A DNA stretch of 64,000 nt, from the NCBI GenBank assembly GCA_963665295.1, contig OY762209.1, forward strand, positions 96,001-160,000, read 5' to 3'. This stretch comes from Syntrophorhabdaceae bacterium. Lineage in GTDB: Bacteria > Desulfobacterota > Syntrophorhabdia > Syntrophorhabdales > Syntrophorhabdaceae. This document shows, one piece after another, positions 19,305-28,494 of this stretch (positions within the stretch are counted from its first letter, which is position 1; every line of letters begins with the position of its first letter). A program made the position numbers and the translations under genes. Below the pieces are notes generated by a model that was not told the origin of the DNA, did no database searches, and worked only from the letters and a program-made list of their open reading frames with translations.

Positions 19305-19931
19305 ATGATGCCCCACACCATGGAAAACACTAAAGAGAAAATAATTGAAGAGGCGACAAAGCTCTTTGTCCGGAAGAGTTTCAAGGGGACCTCCATACAG
19401 GATATTACTGATGCCGTTCATGTGACCAAGGGTGCCTTTTACTGGCATTTCAAGAGCAAGGATGCGTTGTTGGATACGATCATCGATGAATACGAAAGGG
19501 TCGCCGTGGATCAGGTCATCGTGGAACTGGGGCAGGGTCAGGGCAGCTTCACCGAGAAATACAGGCAGTTTCACAAGATTACAACGGAGTTTGCATTTAA
19601 ATACCGGGACTTTTGTGTGGGGTTCATGACGCTTGCCGCCGAGCTGATGGGAAGCGAAACGCACCATCAGCGAAGAATACTCGCGATCTACGCCAAGCTC
19701 CTTCATTTCTTCGAAAGCCTCATAGAGCAAGGGAAGCGCGAGGGTAGTGTGGGAAAAGATGTGGATAGCGAAATGACCGCCCATTTTGTGAACGCCATTC
19801 AGAACGGCATGCTTCTCGAATGGTACATGTTCTATAAAGGTATGGACCGGGCGCCGACATTAGCCAGGGCATACAGGCAGATCACAGTACAGGGCATCGT
19901 TGCGGACGAAGGGCCGGGCGGAGAGACATGA
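19305..19931 (+). CDS. TetR/AcrR family regulator (paralog of 18438-19037)
   Basis: KSFKGTSIQDITDAVHVTKGAFYWHFKSK; shares RDxCVGFMTxxAExxGS with its neighbour; start could be 19320. Confidence 0.92.
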   Translation: MMPHTMENTKEKIIEEATKLFVRKSFKGTSIQDITDAVHVTKGAFYWHFKSKDALLDTIIDEYERVAVDQVIVELGQGQGSFTEKYRQFHKITTEFAFKYRDFCVGFMTLAAELMGSETHHQRRILAIYAKLLHFFESLIEQGKREGSVGKDVDSEMTAHFVNAIQNGMLLEWYMFYKGMDRAPTLARAYRQITVQGIVADEGPGGET

Positions 19932-20018
19932 TTCGCTGATCGTCGAAATTACCGCTTGCCCGGCGTTCTGTCTCAATCATGCCCCGGCCGGGATCAGACT
20001 CTATTGCATGATGAAGCC

Positions 20019-23000
20019 CTACTTCCTCTGTGTCAGGGTAAAGGTCTTGTTTTTCGAGGGGGTCAGGGTCAGGTACGTCCTGATCTTCCCGGCTCTCTGT
20101 TTTTTTGTCGTGTTCTCCGGGACATCATAGGTAACGGACCCGTTACCGTCCCCCCCGGTCCCCGTAGAGATGCTGAGCCATTGGCCTCCTGAAGTCACCT
20201 CCGCGGTCCACGCACAACCTGCGAGAGAGGTCACGGAGAATGACGCGGAGTGGGGCGACGAGTCAACGGTGTTGCTCGACGGGGATATGGCAAGGGTGCA
20301 GGGCGCTCCTGCCTGGGCAACGGGGAAGGCGGTCCCTCCAATGGTTACAGTCCCGCTTCTCGTGGATGTCATGGTGTTTTTGAGCACCGCGACCCTCACT
20401 GAACCCTTGTTGTTCCCGAATGAAGTCAGCTTCGCTGCTATCCATGTATCGGATGCGGTAACATCCGGACTGCTGCAGCCCGGAGCCCCACCGGCGGTCA
20501 CCCGGACGGTCACGTTTCCTGTGTTGTAAGAGAAGGATTTACTCGCGGGCGCGAGGCCATAGCTGCAAATATTGGAGGCCACAAAGGTGGCGGCCACGGT
20601 CTTGTCCGATTTCATGGCAACCTGACACGTGACGCCGGTGGCTTTGTCGCATCCCGTCCAGCCCGTAAAGGTGGAGCCGGCGTTCGGCGTCGCGGTTATT
20701 CGGACGGCAGTGCCATAGTTGTACTCTCCGGTACAGGAATTCCCCGTGCATGTCAGCCCTTTTGCGGAAACCGTTCCACTCGCGGGATCACTATTTGTCA
20801 CGGTCAGTGTTTCGGTGTCGAGGGTAAACACGGCGGTTACGCTTTTCGCGGCGGTCATGGTCACCGCGCACGCACCGGTTCCTGTGCAGGCCCCGGTCCA
20901 GCCCGTAAAGGTGGAGCCGGCGCCGGGTGTTGCCGTGAGGGTTACGACGGCGCCTTGTGCAAAATTGGCGGAGCAGGTAGACCCGCAGTTGATACCCTTG
21001 GGCACACTTACCACAGTACCCGTGCCCTTGCCGCCCCCTGGTTTTGAGACGGAAAGGGTAAAAGTACTCAGAAAACCGCTGAACTTGGCGATGAAGGCGT
21101 CGGAGCCCCAGGCGTTTGCCCCCTGGAATGGATTTCTGATAGGAAAATCTATGGAAAAAGTCTCTCCTGCCACATAGGCGTTGCCTGAGGAATCGATGGC
21201 CATGGCATTGGCCGCGTCATTAGCGCTCCCGCCCAGGTAGGTAGAATAGACGAGGGTATTGCCTGCGGGGCCGAGCTTGGCGATAAAGGCATCACAACCC
21301 CCGGCGTTTCCCGCCTGCAACGGGTTCACTGTGGGAAAGTTGGTGGAAAAAGTCGCCCCTGTCACCACGGCATTGCCCGAGGAATCGAGGGCCATGGCGA
21401 AGGCCAGGTCATTGCTGCTCCCGCCCAGGTAGGTGGAGTATATAAGGGTATTGCCTGCGGGACCGAGCTTGGCGATGAAGGCGTCCGAGCCCCCGGCGTT
21501 TGCCGCCTGGAAGGGGTTCGCTGTCGGAAAGTTGGTGGAAAAGGTCTCCCCGGCCACGAGGGCATTACCTGAAGAATCGAGGTCCATGGCGAAGGCCAGG
21601 TCATTGCTGCTCCCGCCCAGGTAGGTGGAGTATATAAGGGTATTGCCTGCGGGACCGAGCTTGGCGATGAAGGCGTCCGAGCCCCCGGCGTTTGCCGCCT
21701 GGAAGGGGTTCACCCTCGGAAAGTTAGTGGAAAAGGTCTCCCCGGCCACCACGGCATTACCCGAAGAATCGAGGGCCACGGCGAAGGCCAGATCATGGGC
21801 GCTCCCGCCCAGGTAGGTGGAGTATATAAGGGTATTGCCCGTAGGGCCGAGCTTGGCGATGAAGGCGTCGTTACCCCCGAAGTTTGCCGCCTGAACCGGG
21901 TTCCTCGTGGGGAAGTTCGTGGAAAGGGTCTGTCCCGCCACATAGGCGTTGCCCGAGGAGTCAACGGCGATGGCATTGGCCCCGTCGCTGCTGCTCCCGC
22001 CCAGGTAGGTGGAGTATATGAGGGTATTGCCCGTAGGGCCGAGCTTGGCGATGAAGGCGTCGTTACCCCCGAAGTTTGCCGCCTGAACCGGGTTCCTCGT
22101 GGGGAAGTTCGTGGAAAGGGTCTGTCCTGCCACATAGGCGTTGCCTGAGGAATCAATGGCGATGGCATTGGCGGAATCGTCCGAAGTTCCCCCCAGGTAG
22201 GTGGAATAGACGACGGCAGTACCGGCGGGGTTGAGTTTGGTGACAAAGGCGTCGCCAACCACGATGCCACCGGCGAATGTCCTCTGGAAAGCGTTCCACA
22301 CAGGAAAATCTATGGAAAAGGTGGCCCCTGCCACGTAAACGCTCCCCGAAGAATCGACGGCGACGGCGTAGGCTGAATCATTACTGCTCCCTCCGAGGTA
22401 GGTAGAGTAGACGAGGGCCGGGTCGATCACCAACGGGCGGTTCCTGTCATAGGCGCCGATCTCGAAGCCATAGGTAGCGGCGTCGAGGAGCACGAACCTG
22501 CCCGGGACCTCCGTCTTTTTCCCGTGGGCGCTCTGGTAAATCATGGGCTTCTTCTGAAAAATGGAACCTCCTTTCAGGGTGACCTCGAGTTCGCCCCCGG
22601 AGGTGAGGGAAAGCTTCTCTATGCCTTTGTAGGAGAATCGTATCCTTGAGGGATCGCCATGGGGAGCAACGATGATGTCATATTCAAGTTCGTCGCCGGA
22701 GCCGTAAAACTTTATGTCCACGCCGGGGTAGACGCCCCTGTAACGAATGGCGCCGTAGGTGGGGATATCGGTCTTCCAGTTCATCGGGTCCCCGCCGATA
22801 AAGTAGTTGACCTTGCCTTCCCTTTTATCGAGGGCTTCCACAGCAAAGGAAGAGGCATCGAGGGGGGTGAGGGTTACGATCTCCTGTGACCCGTGTCCCT
22901 TTATCTTCCCTGATCTTGCGAGAGAAAGAGAGATGCCTGTACGGGTGAATGCCGTGGCATGGCCGCTTCCCTGTTCATAGAAGACGACAGCCTTGTGCTT

Positions 23001-23132
23001 TTGTCCTTCGTTTCTTATAAACGAAAGGGGAAGCTTCAATTGGGAGACAGGACGCCGGGTTATGTCGGCCATGACAGTACCCGTACATAGAAGAAGAGAA
23101 ATAACGACGAAGAAAGTAACCTTACGTATCAT
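20019..23132 (-). CDS. secreted SBBP beta-propeller repeat protein with two InlB-B-like repeats and two BACON-like Ig domains
   Basis: Signal peptide; FIRNEGQ/VNYFIG/VYPGVD/LEYD N-terminal domain; seven YSTYLGG repeats; VTLTATP..GSTFTGW; CAWTA...W. Confidence 0.85.
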   Translation of the reverse strand: MIRKVTFFVVISLLLCTGTVMADITRRPVSQLKLPLSFIRNEGQKHKAVVFYEQGSGHATAFTRTGISLSLARSGKIKGHGSQEIVTLTPLDASSFAVEALDKREGKVNYFIGGDPMNWKTDIPTYGAIRYRGVYPGVDIKFYGSGDELEYDIIVAPHGDPSRIRFSYKGIEKLSLTSGGELEVTLKGGSIFQKKPMIYQSAHGKKTEVPGRFVLLDAATYGFEIGAYDRNRPLVIDPALVYSTYLGGSSNDSAYAVAVDSSGSVYVAGATFSIDFPVWNAFQRTFAGGIVVGDAFVTKLNPAGTAVVYSTYLGGTSDDSANAIAIDSSGNAYVAGQTLSTNFPTRNPVQAANFGGNDAFIAKLGPTGNTLIYSTYLGGSSSDGANAIAVDSSGNAYVAGQTLSTNFPTRNPVQAANFGGNDAFIAKLGPTGNTLIYSTYLGGSAHDLAFAVALDSSGNAVVAGETFSTNFPRVNPFQAANAGGSDAFIAKLGPAGNTLIYSTYLGGSSNDLAFAMDLDSSGNALVAGETFSTNFPTANPFQAANAGGSDAFIAKLGPAGNTLIYSTYLGGSSNDLAFAMALDSSGNAVVTGATFSTNFPTVNPLQAGNAGGCDAFIAKLGPAGNTLVYSTYLGGSANDAANAMAIDSSGNAYVAGETFSIDFPIRNPFQGANAWGSDAFIAKFSGFLSTFTLSVSKPGGGKGTGTVVSVPKGINCGSTCSANFAQGAVVTLTATPGAGSTFTGWTGACTGTGACAVTMTAAKSVTAVFTLDTETLTVTNSDPASGTVSAKGLTCTGNSCTGEYNYGTAVRITATPNAGSTFTGWTGCDKATGVTCQVAMKSDKTVAATFVASNICSYGLAPASKSFSYNTGNVTVRVTAGGAPGCSSPDVTASDTWIAAKLTSFGNNKGSVRVAVLKNTMTSTRSGTVTIGGTAFPVAQAGAPCTLAISPSSNTVDSSPHSASFSVTSLAGCAWTAEVTSGGQWLSISTGTGGDGNGSVTYDVPENTTKKQRAGKIRTYLTLTPSKNKTFTLTQRK
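21080..22410 (-). repeat. seven tandem ~192-bp coding repeats
   Basis: CCCAGGTAGGT(G/A)GA-like core recurs at ~192-bp period; 21433-21624 and 21625-21816 are nearly identical. Confidence 0.9.
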
Positions 23133-23390
23133 GTCGTCCCCGCGTGCGCAATGTGTTATTTACCCGAATTATACCACACATGTCGCGGTAACACATAATT
23201 TCCACGCCCGGCGACCGGTGCGGGACGCCCAGGAGCCCTAAAACAAGATCGAGAATCACCGGGGCAGGCATAGAGAAGTTCCCGGTCCGATCCCGGCCGA
23301 GTGTGTGGCAGGCCGGGATATCATGGTCCCGGCCTGCTTGATAGTGGGGGGGGTTATTCCGTTATTGCGCGTCGGGCTTCGACCGCTCCG

Positions 23391-24962
23391 TTACGCAGCG
23401 TATTGCTTACGCAACTGATGCTTGAGGATCTTGCCGCTCGCGTTACGGGGGAGTTCGGAAACGAAATGAACGACCTTGGGCACCTTGTAGCCTGCGATCT
23501 TGCCTTTGCAGAACCTGATGATGTCCTGGTCGGTGATCTGGTCCCCATTGCTGAGGGTAACCACAACCGCGATCGCTTCGCCCCAGACGGGATGAGGGAC
23601 CCCGATGGCGGAGCATTCCCTTACACCCGGATGTTGATTGACTACCTGCTCTATCTCCAGGGGATATACGTTCTCCCCGCCGGTAATGATCATATCCTTT
23701 TTGCGGTCGATCACGTAGATGAAGCCCTGCTCGTCAATCTCGCAGATGTCTTCCGTATAGAACCAGCCGTTCTTGTAGGCTGCTTTGGTCTGTTCTTCCT
23801 TTTTCCAATAGCCCTTGGTAAGACCGAGTCCTCTCGACCTCATCTCTCCCGTGCCTTTGGTGACTATGTTGTCGTTGCTGTCCACAATCTGTGTTTCCGC
23901 ATCATAGGAAGCCTTGCCGCACGAGGCGAGGACCCGTTCATTCCCCTTTGCAAGCTCTTCGGCGATCTCTTTTCTTGAAAGGAGCGTGGTGCAACCGGTG
24001 GTTTCCGTCGTCCCCATATGCTGGGCCGGAATGCGGCCTACCTTGTCGATGAATTCTCTGTAGACCGACGGTATGATGCCCGCCCCTGCGAACCACAGCT
24101 TTTGCAGGCTCGAATAGTCGTATTTTTTGATTGCGTCGTAGGCGTCGAGTATCATCCGCACCATGGGGGTGGCGAGCATGCCCGCGGAGAGCTTGTAGTC
24201 TTCCGCTGCTTTGAACAGCGTTTCGGGGTCGAACTTCTGAAACAGAATGTTCGGCGCGCCCACGTAGAAGGTGCCGAAGAAGGAGGTATAGGCTGTGGCA
24301 TGATACATGGGGCACACGGTGAAGCCTACATCTTCAGGCCTTATGTCGTGGTGGAGGGCGGTAGTCCGGGCGTTGTGATAATGGTTCAGGTGGGTCTGCA
24401 TCACGCCCTTCGGGAGGCCCGTGGTGCCGCTCGTATACATGAAGAAGGCGCCGTCATCCTCTTCGACTGCCGCCTTCACTTCATCCGTCGACGCAGCTCC
24501 CACAAATTCCTCATAGAGGAGCCAGCCCTCGGGTTTCTGCTCCTTCGGTCCTATGAAGATGAAATGCTTAAGGGAAGGTACCCCCTCTTTCAACTGGTCC
24601 GCAAACTGAGCATACTGTGCGTCGAGGAACAATGCCTTCGATTCGGCGTCATTCATCACCCCAAGCACTTCCGGCAGGGCGAGTCTGAAATTGAGGGGCA
24701 CAAAGGTGAACCCCGCCGCTGGTATGGCGTTGAACAGTTCCGCGTATTCGAAGCTGTTCTGGCTCAACATGGAGACACGGTCCCCTTTCTGCAAGCCGAG
24801 ATCGTACAGAGCATTGCCTATCTGGTTTACCCTGTCCCATAATTCTTTGAATGTCCAGGCCTTTCCCCGTTCATATTCCTTCATGGCAAGTTTCCCCGGG
24901 AGAAGGGCCGCGTTTCTTTTGATCAGTTGCCTCATTGTCTGAAAGGTTCTATCTGCGCTCAT
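23391..24962 (-). CDS. acyl-CoA synthetase (AMP-forming) with variant core motifs
   Basis: YTSGTTGLPKG, DRKKDMIITGGENVYP, LPRNASGKI; HMGTTE and YTED replace YGxTE and TGD. Confidence 0.9.
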   Translation of the reverse strand: MSADRTFQTMRQLIKRNAALLPGKLAMKEYERGKAWTFKELWDRVNQIGNALYDLGLQKGDRVSMLSQNSFEYAELFNAIPAAGFTFVPLNFRLALPEVLGVMNDAESKALFLDAQYAQFADQLKEGVPSLKHFIFIGPKEQKPEGWLLYEEFVGAASTDEVKAAVEEDDGAFFMYTSGTTGLPKGVMQTHLNHYHNARTTALHHDIRPEDVGFTVCPMYHATAYTSFFGTFYVGAPNILFQKFDPETLFKAAEDYKLSAGMLATPMVRMILDAYDAIKKYDYSSLQKLWFAGAGIIPSVYREFIDKVGRIPAQHMGTTETTGCTTLLSRKEIAEELAKGNERVLASCGKASYDAETQIVDSNDNIVTKGTGEMRSRGLGLTKGYWKKEEQTKAAYKNGWFYTEDICEIDEQGFIYVIDRKKDMIITGGENVYPLEIEQVVNQHPGVRECSAIGVPHPVWGEAIAVVVTLSNGDQITDQDIIRFCKGKIAGYKVPKVVHFVSELPRNASGKILKHQLRKQYAA

Positions 24963-24975
24963 GTAATACCTCCTG

Positions 24976-26496
24976 TTAGAATATCCTGTCCTCAGTTATC
25001 CACCCCGGGAACCATCGATAGTACTCCTTGGGGTGAGCCTTCTTCAACCCGTCATAGGTTGCCTTGGCGAGGGTGATGCCTTTCTTTGTCCGGTAAAGCT
25101 TGGCGAGGCCCTTGGCCTCCAGGCCCGTGAGGAATGAATCCAGGTGGGCGCCGTTCACCGCAAGCTGGTCCGTCAGGTCTTCACGGCTCATGAAAAGACC
25201 GGGGTTTACCCTGTAATCTTCAGCCAGTATGCCGAGGACTGTGTCCTCGTCCGTCTTCGCCGGCGGCACCACCTTTCCCGTTGCCGGAATCGGGACGCCG
25301 AGTTCGTCGTGGATAACCCTGCGGCGCATCTTAAGGTCTTCTGCCATCTGTTTTACGCCGCTCTTGAAGATCACCTGCCTGCACGCCTCCATGGTGCCGC
25401 CCGAGATGTGCTCTACCTTGGCGACCTGCATTATGGACTGGGCCGGATAGAAGGGTGTCACGCCGTCTCCCCCCATTACCTGAAGCGCGTCGAGGCTCGA
25501 CTGCATGGTGCTCTCCACGTTGAACACCTTGGTCACATTCGAATCGACTGTAATGTCCCATCCCAGGTCCCACAGGTACGCGGTGTAATATACTGCGAGG
25601 CGTGCGAGTTTCAGCCGGATTATGAGGTCCGCTATCTTGGTCTGGTTGGCGGCGATATCGATGGTGGGTTTCCCGAACTGGACTCTTCTTTGCGCGTAGG
25701 GCACCGCGTTTTTCAGCAGTTCCAATTGCCACCCCACGGTCATGGCGGAGATGAGGGTCCGCTCGAAGTTGAGACCCGCAGTCATTATCTTCCATCCTTC
25801 GCCCTCTGCTCCGATACGGTTCTCTTCCGAGACCTCCACGTTGTCGAAGTCGAGCACGCCGTTCTGTATATTCTCGAAACCGAGCACCTCGTTCATCTTT
25901 TCCACGGTAAAGCCGGGAGCGCCCTTCTCGATGATGAAGGCGGTAAGGTGGCGGTATTTTGCAATGTCTTCGGGGTTGCTGCTCGTACGGGCATACACCA
26001 TGTATCTCGTCGCCACGCCCGCAGATACGATGAACCTCTTCTTTCCGTTGATGATGTAAGCGTTGCCTTTGCGTTCCGCCCGCATTTCCATGCCCGCGGC
26101 ATCGGTCCCTGCGAAGGGTTCGGTAATCACGATGGCCCCTATCTCCCCTTTCGCGATCCTCGGGAGGAGACGCCTCTTCTGCTCCTCGGTGGCGGCTTCT
26201 ATGATCTGCCTCAGGCCTCCTATCATATTGCCGACCATGATCCTGCCCGGCCCGGGCATGCGGCAGAACTGCTCGACCACGATGCACGCCCCTGTGGCGC
26301 CGAGTCCCATGCCGCCGTACTCCTTGGGCACGGCCACCCCTGTATACCCCTTTTCAGCTATCCTTTCAAAGATGTCCCAGGGGAATTCCCTCTTCCATCT
26401 GGCCTCGGCATCCCGTGGGATGATTTCTTCCGCAAACTCCCCCACCTCTTTTGCAATCCGCTTCTGCTCGTCTGTCCACCACGGAAAATGTTCCAT
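24976..26496 (-). CDS. acyl-CoA dehydrogenase with ~115-aa C-terminal extension (winged-helix-like)
   Basis: ITEPFAGTD, INGKKRFI, LNFER, RVQFGKP, QVMGGDG, ISGGT; RBS AAGGAGG before ATG 26496. Confidence 0.9.
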   Translation of the reverse strand: MEHFPWWTDEQKRIAKEVGEFAEEIIPRDAEARWKREFPWDIFERIAEKGYTGVAVPKEYGGMGLGATGACIVVEQFCRMPGPGRIMVGNMIGGLRQIIEAATEEQKRRLLPRIAKGEIGAIVITEPFAGTDAAGMEMRAERKGNAYIINGKKRFIVSAGVATRYMVYARTSSNPEDIAKYRHLTAFIIEKGAPGFTVEKMNEVLGFENIQNGVLDFDNVEVSEENRIGAEGEGWKIMTAGLNFERTLISAMTVGWQLELLKNAVPYAQRRVQFGKPTIDIAANQTKIADLIIRLKLARLAVYYTAYLWDLGWDITVDSNVTKVFNVESTMQSSLDALQVMGGDGVTPFYPAQSIMQVAKVEHISGGTMEACRQVIFKSGVKQMAEDLKMRRRVIHDELGVPIPATGKVVPPAKTDEDTVLGILAEDYRVNPGLFMSREDLTDQLAVNGAHLDSFLTGLEAKGLAKLYRTKKGITLAKATYDGLKKAHPKEYYRWFPGWITEDRIF

Positions 26497-26578
26497 AATA
26501 CCACTGACCTCCTTACGCCTTTGTAGCAAGCGCCTGTTTTATGATTGATTGCTGCCTTGCGTTCCTTCAGTTGGGTTA

Positions 26579-26593
26579 GCATAAATCGTGCCA
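26579..26593 (-). promoter_or_regulatory. sigma54 promoter for the acyl-CoA dehydrogenase/ligase operon
   Basis: Minus strand TGGCACGATTTATGC. Confidence 0.85.
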
Positions 26594-26654
26594 ACCCCTC
26601 GGGACGGAAAAAACGTGCATTATTGCGTGATTCCAGATTCACCCGTGACTCAAT

Positions 26655-26729
26655 TGACGCATCCGACATAATCGGTTGACATATGTGCCACAATATGTAT
26701 TCATATTATCACATGTGACAGATATGACA
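26655..26729. promoter_or_regulatory. three TGAC-N2-AT-N2-GTCA-like boxes (candidate UAS)
   Basis: TGACGCATCCGACA 26655, TGACATATGTGCCA 26677, TGACAGATATGACA 26716. Confidence 0.7.
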
Positions 26730-26742
26730 AAAAGGAGTCACC

Positions 26743-28284
26743 ATGGACATAGATGAAAACAAATTCTTCAGGGAAGTGAGCGTCCGCATTTGCGGGAGTC
26801 TCGAGATAGAAAAGGCCCTTTCGAGTTGCTTCGAATTCCTCCAGGAAGTGATGCCCGTTGACGAACTCATGCTGGTCGTATATGACCGGGAACTCGGGTC
26901 CACCACCATCACGGCCATTGCGGACGCGAGCGGCGGGAGGTCCTGTTCCGAGCACACCCCGTTACCCGCGTGTCTGAGGCGGGAATTCGAGGAAGTGGAA
27001 GCCCATATCCGCACAAGAAGGATCAATGCCTTTGACGATCCCATCGTCAGTTATGTCGCCCGGCGCAGGCATTGGGAGGAATCATCCCTCCTCGTCAACC
27101 GTCTTATCGTCGATGGGCAGTACATAGGCGCCCTTGCCGCCAGGGTGAGCGGCAGGGACAGATACACGGACCGCCATCTCCACCTGTGGGCCCTTGTAAA
27201 CGAGCCTTCCGCGATTGCCCTCACCAACAACCAGCAATACAGGGAGATATCGAGGTTGAAGGACCTCCTTGCGGACGACAAATCCTATCTCGAGGAAGAG
27301 CTTCGAAAAGGGTCGGGCGTCAGGCTGGTAGGCGGCGAGTTCGGGCTGAAGCGCGTTATGGAAGGGGTGCGTCTCGTGGCGCCTCTCATGAGCCCCGTCC
27401 TCATCACCGGACAGACCGGCACGGGTAAGGAGCTTATCGCCAACGCCATTCATGATCTCTCGCCCCGACGGGAGGGCCCCCTCATCAAAGTGAACTGCGG
27501 CGCCATACCCGAAACGCTTATCGACAGCGAGCTTTTCGGGTATGAGAAAGGTGCTTTCACCGGCGCATACGAACAAAAACGCGGACGTTTTGAACGTGCC
27601 AACAGGGGCACCATATTCCTCGACGAAGTCTCGGAACTGCCCCCCGCCGCGCAGGTACGCCTGCTCCGCGTGCTCCAGGAAAAGGAGATCGAGCGGGTAG
27701 GCGGCGGAACACCGATGAAGATCGACGTGAGGATCATATCGGCCACGAACCGTGACCTCGAGGAGATGGTGGCGCGGGGTCAGTTGAGGGAGGACCTTTT
27801 CTTCCGCCTTAACGTCTTTCCCATCCTTATACCGCCCCTCAAGGAGCGCAAGACGGATATACCGGCCCTCGTCCATCATTTCATAGAAAAGAAGTCCCGG
27901 CAAATGGTGTTGCCCTCCGTCCCGACCCTCGCTTCCGGGGAGATCGACAGGCTCATGGCCTATGACTGGCCGGGCAATGTGCGGGAACTCGAAAACGCAG
28001 TGGAGCGGGCGATCATCGTTTCCAGGGGCAAACCGATCAGCTTCCGCGACATTCTGACCGCCTCCCGGTCCCGGGTGGAAGAGACCGATACCACTGAAGA
28101 GAGCGGCACCACGCTCAGAGAAGGGGAAGCGAAACAGATCCGGCGCGCCTTGGAAAAGGCCATGGGCAAAGTGAGCGGCCCGGGAAGCGCGGCTGAGATC
28201 CTCGGCATAAACCCCGGAACCCTCAGACACAGGATGAGGAAGCTCGGCATCCCCTTCGGCAGGCAGAACCGCACCGCCGCGTAG
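26743..28284 (+). CDS. sigma54-dependent activator (GAF-like, AAA+, Fis HTH)
   Basis: GQTGTGKE, ELFGYEKGAFTGA, FLDEV, WPGNVRELEN, AAEILGINPGTLRHRMRKLG. Confidence 0.95.
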   Translation: MDIDENKFFREVSVRICGSLEIEKALSSCFEFLQEVMPVDELMLVVYDRELGSTTITAIADASGGRSCSEHTPLPACLRREFEEVEAHIRTRRINAFDDPIVSYVARRRHWEESSLLVNRLIVDGQYIGALAARVSGRDRYTDRHLHLWALVNEPSAIALTNNQQYREISRLKDLLADDKSYLEEELRKGSGVRLVGGEFGLKRVMEGVRLVAPLMSPVLITGQTGTGKELIANAIHDLSPRREGPLIKVNCGAIPETLIDSELFGYEKGAFTGAYEQKRGRFERANRGTIFLDEVSELPPAAQVRLLRVLQEKEIERVGGGTPMKIDVRIISATNRDLEEMVARGQLREDLFFRLNVFPILIPPLKERKTDIPALVHHFIEKKSRQMVLPSVPTLASGEIDRLMAYDWPGNVRELENAVERAIIVSRGKPISFRDILTASRSRVEETDTTEESGTTLREGEAKQIRRALEKAMGKVSGPGSAAEILGINPGTLRHRMRKLGIPFGRQNRTAA

Positions 28285-28310
28285 CAACAGGACGCTCTTT
28301 TTCCCTTTTC

Positions 28311-28376
28311 TGTCACATCCGTCATTAGGGACAAAAATTATGGCGAATACGTCGAAAATTTCCGCCACATCCGTCA
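28311..28376. promoter_or_regulatory. three UAS-like boxes matching those at 26655-26729
   Basis: TGTCACATCCGTCA 28311, TGGCGAATACGTCG 28341, CGCCACATCCGTCA 28363. Confidence 0.7.
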
Positions 28377-28426
28377 CACTGTATCTCTCCTCGTAAAAAA
28401 CACCGTATCTACACTAACTTAGATGA

Positions 28427-28441
28427 TGGCACGTTTTATGC
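28427..28441 (+). promoter_or_regulatory. sigma54 promoter for the MFS transporter
   Basis: TGGCACGTTTTATGC, nearly identical to the promoter at 26579-26593. Confidence 0.85.
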
Positions 28442-28494
28442 TTCGGGACATGCCATACGTTAACGTGAAAAACTATCTTATCGGGAGGAACGGA

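Noticed and set aside
21080..22410. Regularly spaced repeats that could suggest a CRISPR array
   Set aside because: 192-bp in-frame coding repeats with no unique spacers and no cas genes
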